Virus record (IMG/VR): IMGVR_UViG_3300038463_000401
Origin: a virus
DNA length: 64,000 nucleotides
Strand: one strand, 5' to 3'
Positions 1 to 10,429 of this stretch are shown here, one piece after another. Both the position numbers and the translations under genes were made by a program. The first letter of the stretch is position 1. Every line of letters begins with the position of its first letter. The notes under the pieces are model-generated. The model saw nothing but the letters and a program-made list of their open reading frames with translations. It was not told where the DNA came from and searched no databases.

Positions 1-618
1 GGCGCCGGCCCATACGGCGGCGGTCCTTACGGTATTGGCTCAGGCGCTGATTATTACCTCGTAGTGAACGTGCCCACCGCGCGGTTCTCGGCCTTTGAGG
101 ACAGCTACATCGTCATAAGCTCGGCCTACTTGGGCTTTAGCTTTCAAGTCAATTACGACTACGTGCCGGAGATCCAAGAGCTACATGCCTTCGCGTCGTC
201 GGATGCCGAGCGTGTCCTCGACGGCGATGTGTTGATGAAACACATGGTGCCGGCGTATGTGGCAGGGAACATAAACTACAAGTATGACCAGACGAATACC
301 GCTATCCCCAACCAGGCCACCCTTCAAGCCCTGGTGAACGAGTTCATCTCTGGTCGCCCATCCGGCACCGATTTAGTCTTCTCAGAGATCGAGCAGTTCA
401 TCATAAGGGTTACAGACCCCTATGACCGGTTTGGTACAGAGGTGGACAACTTCCAGCTCACCGCCACTATCTTGAACGAAGACGGGTCAACTACTACGGT
501 GAATGGGACGAACAAGCTAGTCATCCCGACCAACACGCCGCAGTTCACGACTAAGCCGCTATCCCCGCGGATTGCGCATTGGATTGGTGAGAACGTGACC
601 TTAACGCTGTTGCCGTGA
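1..618 (+). CDS. 5'-truncated virion structural protein, probably baseplate wedge/J-like C-terminus
   Basis: Frame is open from base 1 (GAGPYGGGPYGIGSGADYYLVV...) into the tracked 184-aa ORF. It lies upstream of baseplate/fibre genes; the product is inferred from context. Confidence 0.55.
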   Translation, partial: GAGPYGGGPYGIGSGADYYLVVNVPTARFSAFEDSYIVISSAYLGFSFQVNYDYVPEIQELHAFASSDAERVLDGDVLMKHMVPAYVAGNINYKYDQTNTAIPNQATLQALVNEFISGRPSGTDLVFSEIEQFIIRVTDPYDRFGTEVDNFQLTATILNEDGSTTTVNGTNKLVIPTNTPQFTTKPLSPRIAHWIGENVTLTLLP

Positions 619-670
619 TAGGTGTAAAATTCCATTCAAATCACAAGCCCAAAGACGGAAATTCTATGCC

Positions 671-1462
671 ATGGCCAACCGTGGCGAGATGTCTCCAGAG
701 ACTGTAAAGACGTGGGAAGAGCACACGCCTAAGGGCAAGAAACTCCCTGAAAGGGTAGGTATGAAGAAGAAAGCTTTCTTCGAAGGATTCGACAAGCGCG
801 CCGACCAAGTCGCTGGCGCTCAAGGTGAGCCAGGAGAGCCGCTACCGGCAGAAGGCGCAGCGCCTGGCGGTGCCGCGGGTCCGCCGCCTAACCAGCCGGA
901 GAAGCTTTTAAAGTGGAATCCGGCGGGCGGCGTCGACCCTCGCTCTCCGGAAGAGATGGCAGCTGCTCAGGCGGTCGATTTGATAACCCTCCCTGAGGGC
1001 GTGGACGCGGCCTCTTGTATGAACTGCCAGTTCTTCCGGATGCTTGACCCGGCGTTAGGAACAGGTTTCTGCACTAACCCGAATGTCAAGCTGGACGTCA
1101 CGACGAAGATGCACTGCTCGCAATGGAACGCACCGGATACCTACCGGGCGTGGGAAGCACTCGACCCCTCGGCCGTGCCGGATGCGGGCATCATGGGTGA
1201 AGCGGGTTCGCTGCAAGACGGCACGATGCCGATGGAGCCGGGCGCGGTCGGGCCAGATGGACAACCGCTGGCTCCGGAAGGTGGCGCGCCGCCGGAAGGC
1301 GAGCCGAAGCCCAAAGCCAAGCCGAAGGCTAAGCCCAAAGAGAAGTCTGAGGGCGGTGGCGGCACCAACGTGCACGTCCACGTCGGCGGCGCTGGCGAGA
1401 AGAAAGAGGAGAAGGGGTCGGAGAAGAAGGCCTACGCCTTCTGGAACGGGTTTGACACTTGA
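671..1462 (+). CDS. Hypothetical virion-associated protein with HiPIP-like 4-Cys motif and F[WF]xGF tags
   Basis: CMNCQFF...GFC...V...HCSQW motif; KKAFFEGFDKRA near the N-terminus and KKAYAFWNGFDT at the C-terminus; PKAK repeats. Alternative start ATG 761. Confidence 0.8.
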   Translation: MANRGEMSPETVKTWEEHTPKGKKLPERVGMKKKAFFEGFDKRADQVAGAQGEPGEPLPAEGAAPGGAAGPPPNQPEKLLKWNPAGGVDPRSPEEMAAAQAVDLITLPEGVDAASCMNCQFFRMLDPALGTGFCTNPNVKLDVTTKMHCSQWNAPDTYRAWEALDPSAVPDAGIMGEAGSLQDGTMPMEPGAVGPDGQPLAPEGGAPPEGEPKPKAKPKAKPKEKSEGGGGTNVHVHVGGAGEKKEEKGSEKKAYAFWNGFDT

Positions 1463-1722
1463 GTCCTTCCTTCTGGCAATCCTTCGAGAAGCGCGCGTCC
1501 GGATCTGGATCCGGTAATGCAGCGGGCGGAGGCTTTACCGGAACGGGTAAGGGCAACCTTGGGACTGCGGAGCGCGATCACATCAATGGTACGATGCGCA
1601 GCCCCCAAGACACCAAGGTCGACACAGCACTGCTGGATCGCGACCGCACCTGCCGAACTGAAGATCCGTTCAGCACTGGCCCTGAGTTCCAAGACGAGAC
1701 CAACCCGCATATTAGGTACTAG
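1459..1722 (+). CDS. Small hypothetical protein with FWQSFEKRA tag
   Basis: Overlaps the previous stop by 4 nt, carries the recurrent tag, and abuts the next gene. Confidence 0.65.
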   Translation: MSPSFWQSFEKRASGSGSGNAAGGGFTGTGKGNLGTAERDHINGTMRSPQDTKVDTALLDRDRTCRTEDPFSTGPEFQDETNPHIRY

Positions 1723-1723
1723 C

Positions 1724-2653
1724 GTGGCACAGGAAGCGTCATCGCCGGGCAAGAAGCGCTTCCACAAGCGCGTCGACGCTGCGCTTGCCAAGGGACATTC
1801 ATTACTGATCCATTACAAGAAGCTGAACGGTCGCACAGTTAAGCGTAAGATAGAGCCTCGGTCGTGGCGCGGCCACACCTTAGTCGCATACGATCACAAG
1901 AGAAAGGCCGTCCGGTCTTTTAGAATGGAAAGGGTGAAGCACATGGAGAAGGCCGCGGGTATGAATTATTACCGCCTCCCCAAGGGTCATCCCCACTACC
2001 ACTTAACGACGCAGTCTGGCCCTAACGCCGGAGCAATAGCCTCCGTTCACCCCGTCAAGCAATGGGAGCAACATAAAGTGGACGAATCTTCTATGACCAG
2101 GACAGGGGGACCCTCTTTAAACAAAGAGGCGGCCGATGAACCCAAACACGACCCCGCCACCTTCAGCCATTGGGCTAGCGGACTTGGCAAGAGATTTGCC
2201 ACGATAGACAATTCGCTCGAGAAGGAGCTGATTGAGAAGAAGGCGTTTTGGGTTGGGTTCTCCAAACAAGCCTCTGATAAGCACAAGACGCGCTCAAAAT
2301 ATATAACTGCGGGATCTGCACTAGGTGGCGCTGGCGCAGGTGCCCTAACCGGGGCCGAAGAGGGTTTTAGCCCTAAACATACGGCGTTGCTAGCCGCAGG
2401 GGGAGGGGTCCTTGGCGGCTTAGCCGGATATCTTGGTGCTAAGCGCAGCGAGAAGCACGCCTCTGCCTTCGCCCACGCCGCCGAGCTCGGCGGCCTCGGT
2501 GTCCTCGCCGCACCGGCAATCCAGCACCTCCGCGGCAAAGAAATGAGCGAAGGGGCTAAGGCCAAGACCGAAGTTGCTGGCCTCGGCATCCTAGCGGCGC
2601 CCAGTCTCCATGCCGCGGGCAAGGGCTTGCTTGCCAAGGCGATGAAGCGCTAA
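1724..2653 (+). CDS. Stand-alone WYL-domain protein with KxA-punctuated Gly/Ala-rich tail
   Basis: LLIHYKKLNGRTVKRKIEPRSW...LVAYDHKRKAVRSFRMERV fits the WYL consensus (Y..R.v.P..l.a.c..r...R.Fr.dRI); no HTH visible. Start reassigned to GTG 1724, just after the previous stop. Confidence 0.75.
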   Translation: MAQEASSPGKKRFHKRVDAALAKGHSLLIHYKKLNGRTVKRKIEPRSWRGHTLVAYDHKRKAVRSFRMERVKHMEKAAGMNYYRLPKGHPHYHLTTQSGPNAGAIASVHPVKQWEQHKVDESSMTRTGGPSLNKEAADEPKHDPATFSHWASGLGKRFATIDNSLEKELIEKKAFWVGFSKQASDKHKTRSKYITAGSALGGAGAGALTGAEEGFSPKHTALLAAGGGVLGGLAGYLGAKRSEKHASAFAHAAELGGLGVLAAPAIQHLRGKEMSEGAKAKTEVAGLGILAAPSLHAAGKGLLAKAMKR

Positions 2654-4227
2654 TGCCGTCTAGCCAATACCTCGACTTTATCGGCTCAGTCTGGGAGAAC
2701 CTCCCGGACGTTGATAAAGCACGTCTTGGCGAGCTCTGGTTCGGCTATGAGCGCGTGTTCGCGTCGGTCTACCAGACGTTCATGGAGGCCCGGCTCAACA
2801 TCGCCCAGCAGACGATGCTGCCGTATTCGACACAGCGCTGGCTGCCATACACGTTCGACAGCGCAACCTTCGTCAGCCAGCCCGCGGTGGTCACGTCGAA
2901 TCAAGACCTATCCCTAGGGATCAACCTCGCTGTGCGCTCCTCGCTCTACATCAAGCTCAATGGCGGTGCGCCCGTCCTTGTAAATATACAAGGCCTGAAC
3001 CCCGGCAGCACCAAGGTCACCGAGATCATAGCCAAGATCAACGCGGCTTTTAACTTCAAGTTCGCGGCCGGCCTTTTCAGCAATTCGATCTTGCAGCTCA
3101 CGTCGAACATCTCTGGACTGTCCTCAAGCATAGAGATCCTCCCGACGCCGAACCCTATGCAGGACGCGTCAGAGTTTGTGCTTGGCGTCATGAGCCCGGC
3201 GCTATACCCGAAGTTCCCCTACATCTATTCGCTGCCCTACGGCAAAGCCGCGTCCATACCCACGATTCAGGACAAGGTCCGTGATGAGTCGGTTACTGTC
3301 TTTTTGCAAGAGACAACAGACTACGAGCTCCTGGGCAATAATCTTATTGCCTTCGCAGCCGAGCCCCCGGCGGCTATGTGGGCGCGGCGCTCTCTTTTTG
3401 ACCAAGAGAACCCGTGGAATAACTTTGGTTTTCTGATGGGCATTTACGAGACGAACTCGCCTCGTTATGTCGATGTTTTGCAGGGGTTGTGGTACGCATT
3501 CTGGACTGGGCCCACACCAAACAATGTGAGGAACTCCCTCTATCTGCTGTTTGGTTTACCAACCGCACAGCAGAATGGGGTTGTGAGCGGCCTTACCGCG
3601 ACGACGATCACGCTGACTAACGCAGACAACACCGTGTCTACGTTCTCCATTCCGGGTAACCTCGACGCAATGGTAGTTCTAGGCCAAGAGGTGAAGAAGT
3701 TTGACCCACTTGTAACCGGCATACAGGTTTTCGATAAAGTCAATTCCCCTGGGTTCATAACGGAACAGATCGGGCGTGCCGGTATACAGCGGTTCCTCTT
3801 GCCTGAGGCGACGCGCGGGCCAGGCGATACCGACGAGACCAAGGCTATGCGGATGCTCGAGGAGCACTGCTTCCTGCCGCAGATCTCAGTTAATGCTTTT
3901 ATCAATCAAGATATTAACTTAGGGAATGTGACGACGTTCCTGAACGCTATCAAGCCGCTCAGCAAAACCTATCTGTTCCAGATCGTTGTCGGGAACTTCC
4001 TCGACCCGCTGGGCCTTGACGACATGGCTGATCCTTCCGTGGACATGGACATCACAGAGAACGTAGACTCCAACGAGACAACGCTCCAGCCATCCACCGT
4101 GCTGCTGCCCTATGAGACCAACCCGAACGTCGGGCTCAATCTGGACCAGAACGGTGTATTATTGGAGGAGTCCTTGGAAATCGACGTTTACAGCTTCGGC
4201 GTTTTGGTCGACTCTTTTACCGCCTGA
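2653..4227 (+). CDS. Putative baseplate wedge protein
   Basis: 524-aa ORF translationally coupled to its neighbours in the baseplate/fibre block; function from context only. Confidence 0.55.
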   Translation: MPSSQYLDFIGSVWENLPDVDKARLGELWFGYERVFASVYQTFMEARLNIAQQTMLPYSTQRWLPYTFDSATFVSQPAVVTSNQDLSLGINLAVRSSLYIKLNGGAPVLVNIQGLNPGSTKVTEIIAKINAAFNFKFAAGLFSNSILQLTSNISGLSSSIEILPTPNPMQDASEFVLGVMSPALYPKFPYIYSLPYGKAASIPTIQDKVRDESVTVFLQETTDYELLGNNLIAFAAEPPAAMWARRSLFDQENPWNNFGFLMGIYETNSPRYVDVLQGLWYAFWTGPTPNNVRNSLYLLFGLPTAQQNGVVSGLTATTITLTNADNTVSTFSIPGNLDAMVVLGQEVKKFDPLVTGIQVFDKVNSPGFITEQIGRAGIQRFLLPEATRGPGDTDETKAMRMLEEHCFLPQISVNAFINQDINLGNVTTFLNAIKPLSKTYLFQIVVGNFLDPLGLDDMADPSVDMDITENVDSNETTLQPSTVLLPYETNPNVGLNLDQNGVLLEESLEIDVYSFGVLVDSFTA

Positions 4228-4257
4228 TGTTACTCTGGAATCCTATTGGAGAAACGG

Positions 4258-4926
4258 ATGAAACGTGCTGCCCGGGAGTTAAAGGATAAGCTTAGCCCCA
4301 AGGGCCGCGTCGAGATCTTCATCTCGAGAGGGATGCCCGCGCTTAAGCTAGGCTTCCCGGTTGGAGATCCGTGCAATAAGGTCTTCGAGTCCTGTGCGAT
4401 TGACTTCTCTGGCGTGATGATGGTCCGCAGGCCGGAGATTTTAAACATCATCGTCAACCAGGGCAAGGATCAGGTCATCACCAACCTGACTCCTACCGGC
4501 GTAGTCTACCCGATCGTACGCATGTCGATCGGAGATCGCGGCACGATACCGTCTGACCAAACGGTGCCTAAGGTGCCAGTAGCCACGGCCACCACGCTAT
4601 ATGATGAAGTGTACCGGGATGACATCGACGCGACGGTTCTAAACGTCGGTACCCCGACAGTGCACCAAGTTCAGTTCGTCAAGGCATTTAGCTCTCTCGT
4701 CATTCCCCTCACATCCTTCTCAAACCAGGCCAATCCGATCGTTAATGAGGTGGGCCTGATCACCGCTAACCTCAACATCACCCCACTGCCGCGCGCGCCT
4801 GTTGCTGCGCCGGCAACGCCGCCATCCGACGAGAAGCTCTTTGCCACGAGAACGTTTAACTCCGTCCCATTCCTGGCTGCGAACCAGATCGCAGTGACCG
4901 TCCGTTACACCATTTTCATCGAGTGA
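4258..4926 (+). CDS. Tail-collar/fibre-attachment-like structural protein
   Basis: NIIVNQGK...RMSIGD.G...NEVGL...LFATRTF...VRYTIF pattern resembles tail-collar fibre N-terminal domains; GGAG precedes ATG 4258. Confidence 0.6.
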   Translation: MKRAARELKDKLSPKGRVEIFISRGMPALKLGFPVGDPCNKVFESCAIDFSGVMMVRRPEILNIIVNQGKDQVITNLTPTGVVYPIVRMSIGDRGTIPSDQTVPKVPVATATTLYDEVYRDDIDATVLNVGTPTVHQVQFVKAFSSLVIPLTSFSNQANPIVNEVGLITANLNITPLPRAPVAAPATPPSDEKLFATRTFNSVPFLAANQIAVTVRYTIFIE

Positions 4927-4933
4927 ACGAACT

Positions 4934-6472
4934 ATGTCCTCCTCAACACCAAATTTGGGCCTTGTTCTACCCGGGAACGGTGAAGACGTCGGGGATTGGG
5001 ACGAGCCACTAAATACAAACTTTGGCATCATAGACACGCAGGTTGGCGATATCATCGCGGAGATCGCCGCAGCGGCGTCTGGCGTTGGCACGCTTTCCCA
5101 GTTCCTCGCAGTAAGCCTTGATCTGACTACCGGAGCCCTGCTCCCCGTGCCGGAAGTAGCCGAGGCTGAAAATACCTTCCTCTACGGCTATCTCATAAAC
5201 GGCTCTAGCACACCGAATTACAACCTTAAGCAGCAGTTGGATGCGGTGGGTACGGAGCTGTGGGGCGCGCGCGGCGGCGCGGCGTCACTCAAGGCGGCTG
5301 GAGCCTCCAGCGCTTTTGAGTTCCCTAACCAGCTGGTCTCCGGTCTATCCGGCGTGATCAGCAGCTCCCCTGTGCCTACGTTCGCCGGCTCCACCGGCCT
5401 GAACGTCCACATTGACGGCTCGACGACGCCACTCATGATGATGATCTCGGGCTATACGGCGCGCATTCGCACGCTCGCCCTTGCGACCGTCCCGTCTACG
5501 ACCGGCAACGGTTATCTGGTCTGCGCGACTCAGCAGCCGAACGGCACGGTTGTGGTGGACGGCAGCGGTGGGACGAATGGCTCGACCGGCGCGGACACCC
5601 TCGGCAACATGACGTTGTTCACCGACCTCACCACAAACTTCACCACGCAGAATGTGCAGGTTGGCGACTACATCACGCTGATCAACGGCAATGATGCGGG
5701 CACCTACCTGATCCAAGCGATCGGTGGCTCGTTGCAATCCCCTGGCAGCAACATCAACCAGCTGCAGATCGTTGGCAACTTCCCCGTGGGGCTACAGTCC
5801 GCTATCAGTTACCAAATCTTTGACCCGCTTGGCGTCGTCCTTAGCGTGGTCGCCCCCGCCGGCGCGGTGCCCGGAGCAGTCCCTTCTAACTCGCTGGCGA
5901 TCGCCGAAGCGGATGTTTCAGGTGGCACCATCAGCGCGGTACGTCCTAGGAACTACAAGAACGACTTCATAGGCGCTTGGCAAGCGGTGTCCGTCGCAGG
6001 CCCGGTGATAATGCCGGAAGTGATCTATACCCACTACCTCGGCACGGACAAGCTCGATATCGCTGTGCAAATCTCCCAGGCCAATGATGGCAGCGCCCCG
6101 GTGGAAGAGATCGCACTCGGCCAGGTCTCGAACAACCTGTCAGTGGCAATCACGAATGCGCTGACCCTGACGCTCGCGACTCTGGGTCAGATCAGTCCGT
6201 CTAGCGGAACCCTGACTGGCGCGCCAAGCGGCTCCTTGGCCAACGCTCTGGCTACTGGCTCTCCGCCTGCGGCTAACTTCGAAGCGCTCAGCGGCTCGAT
6301 CTCCGCTGCCCTGTCTGGCACTGTAATCGAAACCCGCTCTCTAGCCTTAAAGTGGGATCGCAACAGTGTCCACGTCAAAGGCCTAGTGTCAGGCATCCTC
6401 TATACAGACTATACCGGGACTGCGCAGACCGCTGGCTACCTACGCGTGGTCGCTCGCAGAAGAGGATATTAA
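4934..6472 (+). CDS. Tail fibre/structural protein
   Basis: N-terminal TPNLGLVLP..G...W...LNTNF..ID is typical of phage fibre N-termini; Gly/Ser/Thr-rich. Confidence 0.65.
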   Translation: MSSSTPNLGLVLPGNGEDVGDWDEPLNTNFGIIDTQVGDIIAEIAAAASGVGTLSQFLAVSLDLTTGALLPVPEVAEAENTFLYGYLINGSSTPNYNLKQQLDAVGTELWGARGGAASLKAAGASSAFEFPNQLVSGLSGVISSSPVPTFAGSTGLNVHIDGSTTPLMMMISGYTARIRTLALATVPSTTGNGYLVCATQQPNGTVVVDGSGGTNGSTGADTLGNMTLFTDLTTNFTTQNVQVGDYITLINGNDAGTYLIQAIGGSLQSPGSNINQLQIVGNFPVGLQSAISYQIFDPLGVVLSVVAPAGAVPGAVPSNSLAIAEADVSGGTISAVRPRNYKNDFIGAWQAVSVAGPVIMPEVIYTHYLGTDKLDIAVQISQANDGSAPVEEIALGQVSNNLSVAITNALTLTLATLGQISPSSGTLTGAPSGSLANALATGSPPAANFEALSGSISAALSGTVIETRSLALKWDRNSVHVKGLVSGILYTDYTGTAQTAGYLRVVARRRGY

Positions 6473-9400
6473 GTGACAGCCAACAAAATAAATGGCTACG
6501 GCGCCCCGTATCGCTCCCAGACTTTTCAGGAGCAAGCGAGCTATCAGACCAACCGCAACGGTCTGCTCGCTGTGTCCGCGCCGGTAACAAGCGGCGGCGG
6601 CACAGTTACGGTGCCAGAGTTCTCCTTTATTCAGAATGGCTTGATCGTTGATACAGAAGGCACGCGCACGTTTTCCGTGCCCAGCCTTGCGGCACCCTAC
6701 TACCTCGTAGTCACCGCGCCAACCCCGTCACAGCTTGATGACCTGCTGTTCTCGTTTGCAAAGACCCCGGAGGACCTGACAACCAACGATATTATTGTCG
6801 CGGCATATGACGGCTATGAGTGGCGCTCGCCGCAGCTTTTAAGCGTCGATGGGGTTTATAAGGACATCGACCAGGCCAACATCGACTTCGGCAGAGTAGG
6901 TCCGTACTCTGGCCTTCAGACCACGCTAAGCGGGTCTAACTACCTGAATAGCCCTGGCGTCATAGTAGACCCTAATGGTCTGCGTCAGGAGCTGCTCAAC
7001 CAGGCGTCGTTTCCGGTTGTGGTTACCGATCCCGACTATCCTCGGGTAGACCGCATTGTTTACCGCAAGCCCGCGGACTCGCCAAACCGCATAGGGATCC
7101 GTGAGTTTTTGCTCGGAGGCACCTATGCTGCATCCCCGCAGTCAAGCCATGGCGCAGTAGCGCTTGCCAACACCAAGGTTCACGGGCCGACCAAAGTCCT
7201 CATCGGCACAGATAACGCCGCGCACGTTCTCTGCGCGACGGGGTATGGCGGATCATTTCAGATTTTCTACACGAAGATCAGCTCCGACCGAACGACGATG
7301 CTAGTTGCACCGATGGCCTTACAGGCCACCACTGAGAGCGGCTTTGACGCGGCGATTGATGGCTCGAACAACATCCATCTGATCACCGTCAACAGCAGCC
7401 ATATCTATTATGCGAAGTATGGCCCGACCGGCTCCAACTTAGTGGCTGCGACGCTGATCGATGCGCAAGTAACACCGAACACCAATCCGACAGTATCGAT
7501 AGACCCCGCGAACACGAAGGTGTTCGTGGCCTATCAGAGCCTGCTCGGCGCGTCGAATAATCAGATCTTTTTCACGACGCGCGACCTGAGCGGCAACCTG
7601 ATTACGGCGCCCGCGAATGTGACCGGCAACGCCTCCAATTTGCAGACCCCGTCTATCTTCGTCACTGGCGACTTGATCGTCTATATAGCCTGGTGCGATA
7701 CCACACTGGCTAAGATTTACTTCCAAACGTTCACCGATATCGGCGGCGCGCTAACCTCACCGACTTACGTATCTGGGGCAGTAAACCGCATCGGCTACAG
7801 TGCACTTACCGATGGCGCACTAGCCCCCAAGGTTTGGGTCACCGACAACCAGAGCGTGTTCGTCACCTTCCTGCAGAACAAGGGCTCCTCCCTCTATGGG
7901 TTGTCCATCTGGAATGATGGCGTCTCGTTCATGCAGACGCTGCTGGCCAGCGGCGAGAACTTCACCGCTTACGCGTTGTATGTGGACTCCACGTTTAATG
8001 GTGTCGACCTAGTATTGGCGCAGGCCTCGACGACTGATTACGTCAAGCTTGCCGGTGTGAACGTTACGTTTACACTGAACCTGGCGGGAACTGCGGCTGC
8101 CAGTGTAGCGACGGTTCGCGACGCGCGCGGCTCTATGTTCCATGCATGGGCTGATCCGCTGGCGTCGGGGTTCCAGACTGCATACACGACCGCGTCCATC
8201 AAGGATATTGGCCCTGACGTTTTAAACAACACCTATACCGTGGTGCTGACCTCCAGCCAGCTCTTGATCCTCAAGTCGCTCTTCAGCGGCGAACAACCGC
8301 AGATCGGCGACCAGGTTACGGTCAGCGGCTCCGGCGCTGGCAACAACGGTGCCAAGACGATCTCTCTAGTCGAGACTGTAAGTTTCGTCACGACCAACGA
8401 CTACTACCGTATCACCGTCACTGCGCCGTTCGCCTCGGTCGAGCACTTACCGCCGTCGACGCTTGGCGCCTTCGCTTCGCCAAATGGTAACGCGTTACAT
8501 GTGCTAAAGAGCACGTCTGAGCTGACCACTAACGCATTCCAGCTAGTTACGATGGCCACGGATTTGCTGCTCGCCCGCATCAGCATGCCAGGCTCCCACA
8601 TCGTTAACTACTTGCCGCCTGGCGTGACGGTCGCCCTCGATGCCACGCTATTCGTGCCGCACGGCAATAACGTCTCTATAGACTGGGGCGCGACGACTTT
8701 AGGGGACCTGACCATCTCCGGTGGTCTGCAGCTTCTGGACATGCTCCACGATCAGAACTACACGCTGGTTGATGGCTCCTATCCAATGGTAGATGACGAC
8801 GCGCTGTATGTAGTTTGCGATGGCGTGGATTTTGCCCCCACCCCGCAAGTCACCGCAGTCAATACGCTTCCGTTCAGCACTCCGATCATCGTGCTTGGCG
8901 TCACCAGAGATGGGAAGTTCAACCCCGCGTTGCTCGCGGTGGCAGCTATCACCCAGCTAGACGTCGGCGAAGTAGACGTCGTAGGCGAAGACCTCCCCCT
9001 AAGCCAGCGCGAGCGGCTCGGTATCCTGAGCGAGACCTCATACCGACCATACAGCGTCGGCACTGAGTACGTCATCAATGAGGGCATGGACCATGCCCAA
9101 GCGATCGGCGCACTCGACACACAGATTGGCGCAATCGTAAACAACAACCCCAAAGAAGCGTACTGGATCGGCGATGGCTCGACGACGATCTTCGACATCT
9201 CCACGGCAACGCTGACCAACGGCACGTTTGCCTGGTTGAACGATGCTACGCACCCGGACATCACTTGCGACTACGACGGCCGTAAATTGCCGTTTGACCC
9301 TCTGTTCGCTAATGGCGGTTTCCGCAAAAACTCCACGACGGCCATCCAGCTAGCCGCGGCGCCTGACATAGGGACGTTGGTCACGGTTCGTCGCGAAGGC

Positions 9401-10429
9401 ACATCGACCGGTGGCGTGCTACCGCCAGCGCCGGGCAACCTCTGGTCCGACCAGGTCGACCACGACATCGTCCCGCCAGCGGACACTTACAAGGTTGGCA
9501 CGGCCTCCTCTCCGTTTGCAGAAATGCACACGGATAACGGCTTTCTTAAACAGCTATCTATTGCCACTGCGCTCGGGAACTGCACGCTGCTTCGCACCAA
9601 GACGAACGGCGCGGGCACCACAATCGCCGCGGGCTACCCCGTCTCTCTTTATTCGGATGGGCAGATCTACCCCGGCATGGCCCTCGGTGCGCCAAACGTC
9701 ACCTCATATGGTATCGCGCTCCAGGCGATTGCTCCTGCCGCCCAGGGCAAGGTTCTTCTATTCGGCCTGGCAGTTCCCGGCGTCCTTACCGGCCTGGGCT
9801 TCTCGCCTGGCGATACGGTCTATATCTCCGAGACTGGCACATACACCAATGGCTCGACCGGCCTCGGGGATACCGGCGATGTCATCGCTAGGATCGGCTG
9901 GGCTGACTGCGCGGATGCAACCGTATCTGGAACTGCAGTCGACCTCGTTCTCAATTACGAGAAAATTCTCGAAGTTGAGAATCCGGCCGAAGACCGCATC
10001 CTTACAGTCTCAGGGCAGACCGACTATAACTTGCCCACGCTGGTGCTCAGCGCCGACAACTCCATTCTGGATTGCCAGCTCTGGTACGACACTGGCTACC
10101 AACGGCTTGACGGCTCTGGTAGTGAGGGGTTCAAGAAGCTTTCGACCACGTCCATCCGACTGTCATCCGCCCCAACTGACGACGGACGCGAGATGGTCTT
10201 CCGCAAGGAAGGCATCGCGATCACCACCTCGGGCGGGGGCTCGTTCGATATCGCTAACATTGTGGAATCCCCGCAACCGTCCCCGTCCTTCGCGGGCTCG
10301 CTGGACATCGGCAGCCTGACCAGGCCATGGTCTGGTATCATCGTGAAGGACGATACGACCAACCAAGTCTGGCGTTTATCCATCGATAGCGGCGTGATCC
10401 AAGCCGTACAAATAGGTACGTACCCATGA
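6473..10429 (+). CDS. Large multidomain virion structural protein (1318 aa)
   Basis: GTG start; beta-rich repeats; a decoration-like domain near the C-terminus (VLTGLGFSPGDTVYIS) is shared with downstream genes. Confidence 0.7.
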   Translation: MTANKINGYGAPYRSQTFQEQASYQTNRNGLLAVSAPVTSGGGTVTVPEFSFIQNGLIVDTEGTRTFSVPSLAAPYYLVVTAPTPSQLDDLLFSFAKTPEDLTTNDIIVAAYDGYEWRSPQLLSVDGVYKDIDQANIDFGRVGPYSGLQTTLSGSNYLNSPGVIVDPNGLRQELLNQASFPVVVTDPDYPRVDRIVYRKPADSPNRIGIREFLLGGTYAASPQSSHGAVALANTKVHGPTKVLIGTDNAAHVLCATGYGGSFQIFYTKISSDRTTMLVAPMALQATTESGFDAAIDGSNNIHLITVNSSHIYYAKYGPTGSNLVAATLIDAQVTPNTNPTVSIDPANTKVFVAYQSLLGASNNQIFFTTRDLSGNLITAPANVTGNASNLQTPSIFVTGDLIVYIAWCDTTLAKIYFQTFTDIGGALTSPTYVSGAVNRIGYSALTDGALAPKVWVTDNQSVFVTFLQNKGSSLYGLSIWNDGVSFMQTLLASGENFTAYALYVDSTFNGVDLVLAQASTTDYVKLAGVNVTFTLNLAGTAAASVATVRDARGSMFHAWADPLASGFQTAYTTASIKDIGPDVLNNTYTVVLTSSQLLILKSLFSGEQPQIGDQVTVSGSGAGNNGAKTISLVETVSFVTTNDYYRITVTAPFASVEHLPPSTLGAFASPNGNALHVLKSTSELTTNAFQLVTMATDLLLARISMPGSHIVNYLPPGVTVALDATLFVPHGNNVSIDWGATTLGDLTISGGLQLLDMLHDQNYTLVDGSYPMVDDDALYVVCDGVDFAPTPQVTAVNTLPFSTPIIVLGVTRDGKFNPALLAVAAITQLDVGEVDVVGEDLPLSQRERLGILSETSYRPYSVGTEYVINEGMDHAQAIGALDTQIGAIVNNNPKEAYWIGDGSTTIFDISTATLTNGTFAWLNDATHPDITCDYDGRKLPFDPLFANGGFRKNSTTAIQLAAAPDIGTLVTVRREGTSTGGVLPPAPGNLWSDQVDHDIVPPADTYKVGTASSPFAEMHTDNGFLKQLSIATALGNCTLLRTKTNGAGTTIAAGYPVSLYSDGQIYPGMALGAPNVTSYGIALQAIAPAAQGKVLLFGLAVPGVLTGLGFSPGDTVYISETGTYTNGSTGLGDTGDVIARIGWADCADATVSGTAVDLVLNYEKILEVENPAEDRILTVSGQTDYNLPTLVLSADNSILDCQLWYDTGYQRLDGSGSEGFKKLSTTSIRLSSAPTDDGREMVFRKEGIAITTSGGGSFDIANIVESPQPSPSFAGSLDIGSLTRPWSGIIVKDDTTNQVWRLSIDSGVIQAVQIGTYP

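Noticed and set aside
1517-1723. N-terminal extension of the WYL ORF
   Set aside because: It overlaps the tag-bearing 87-aa ORF; GTG 1724 follows that ORF's stop.
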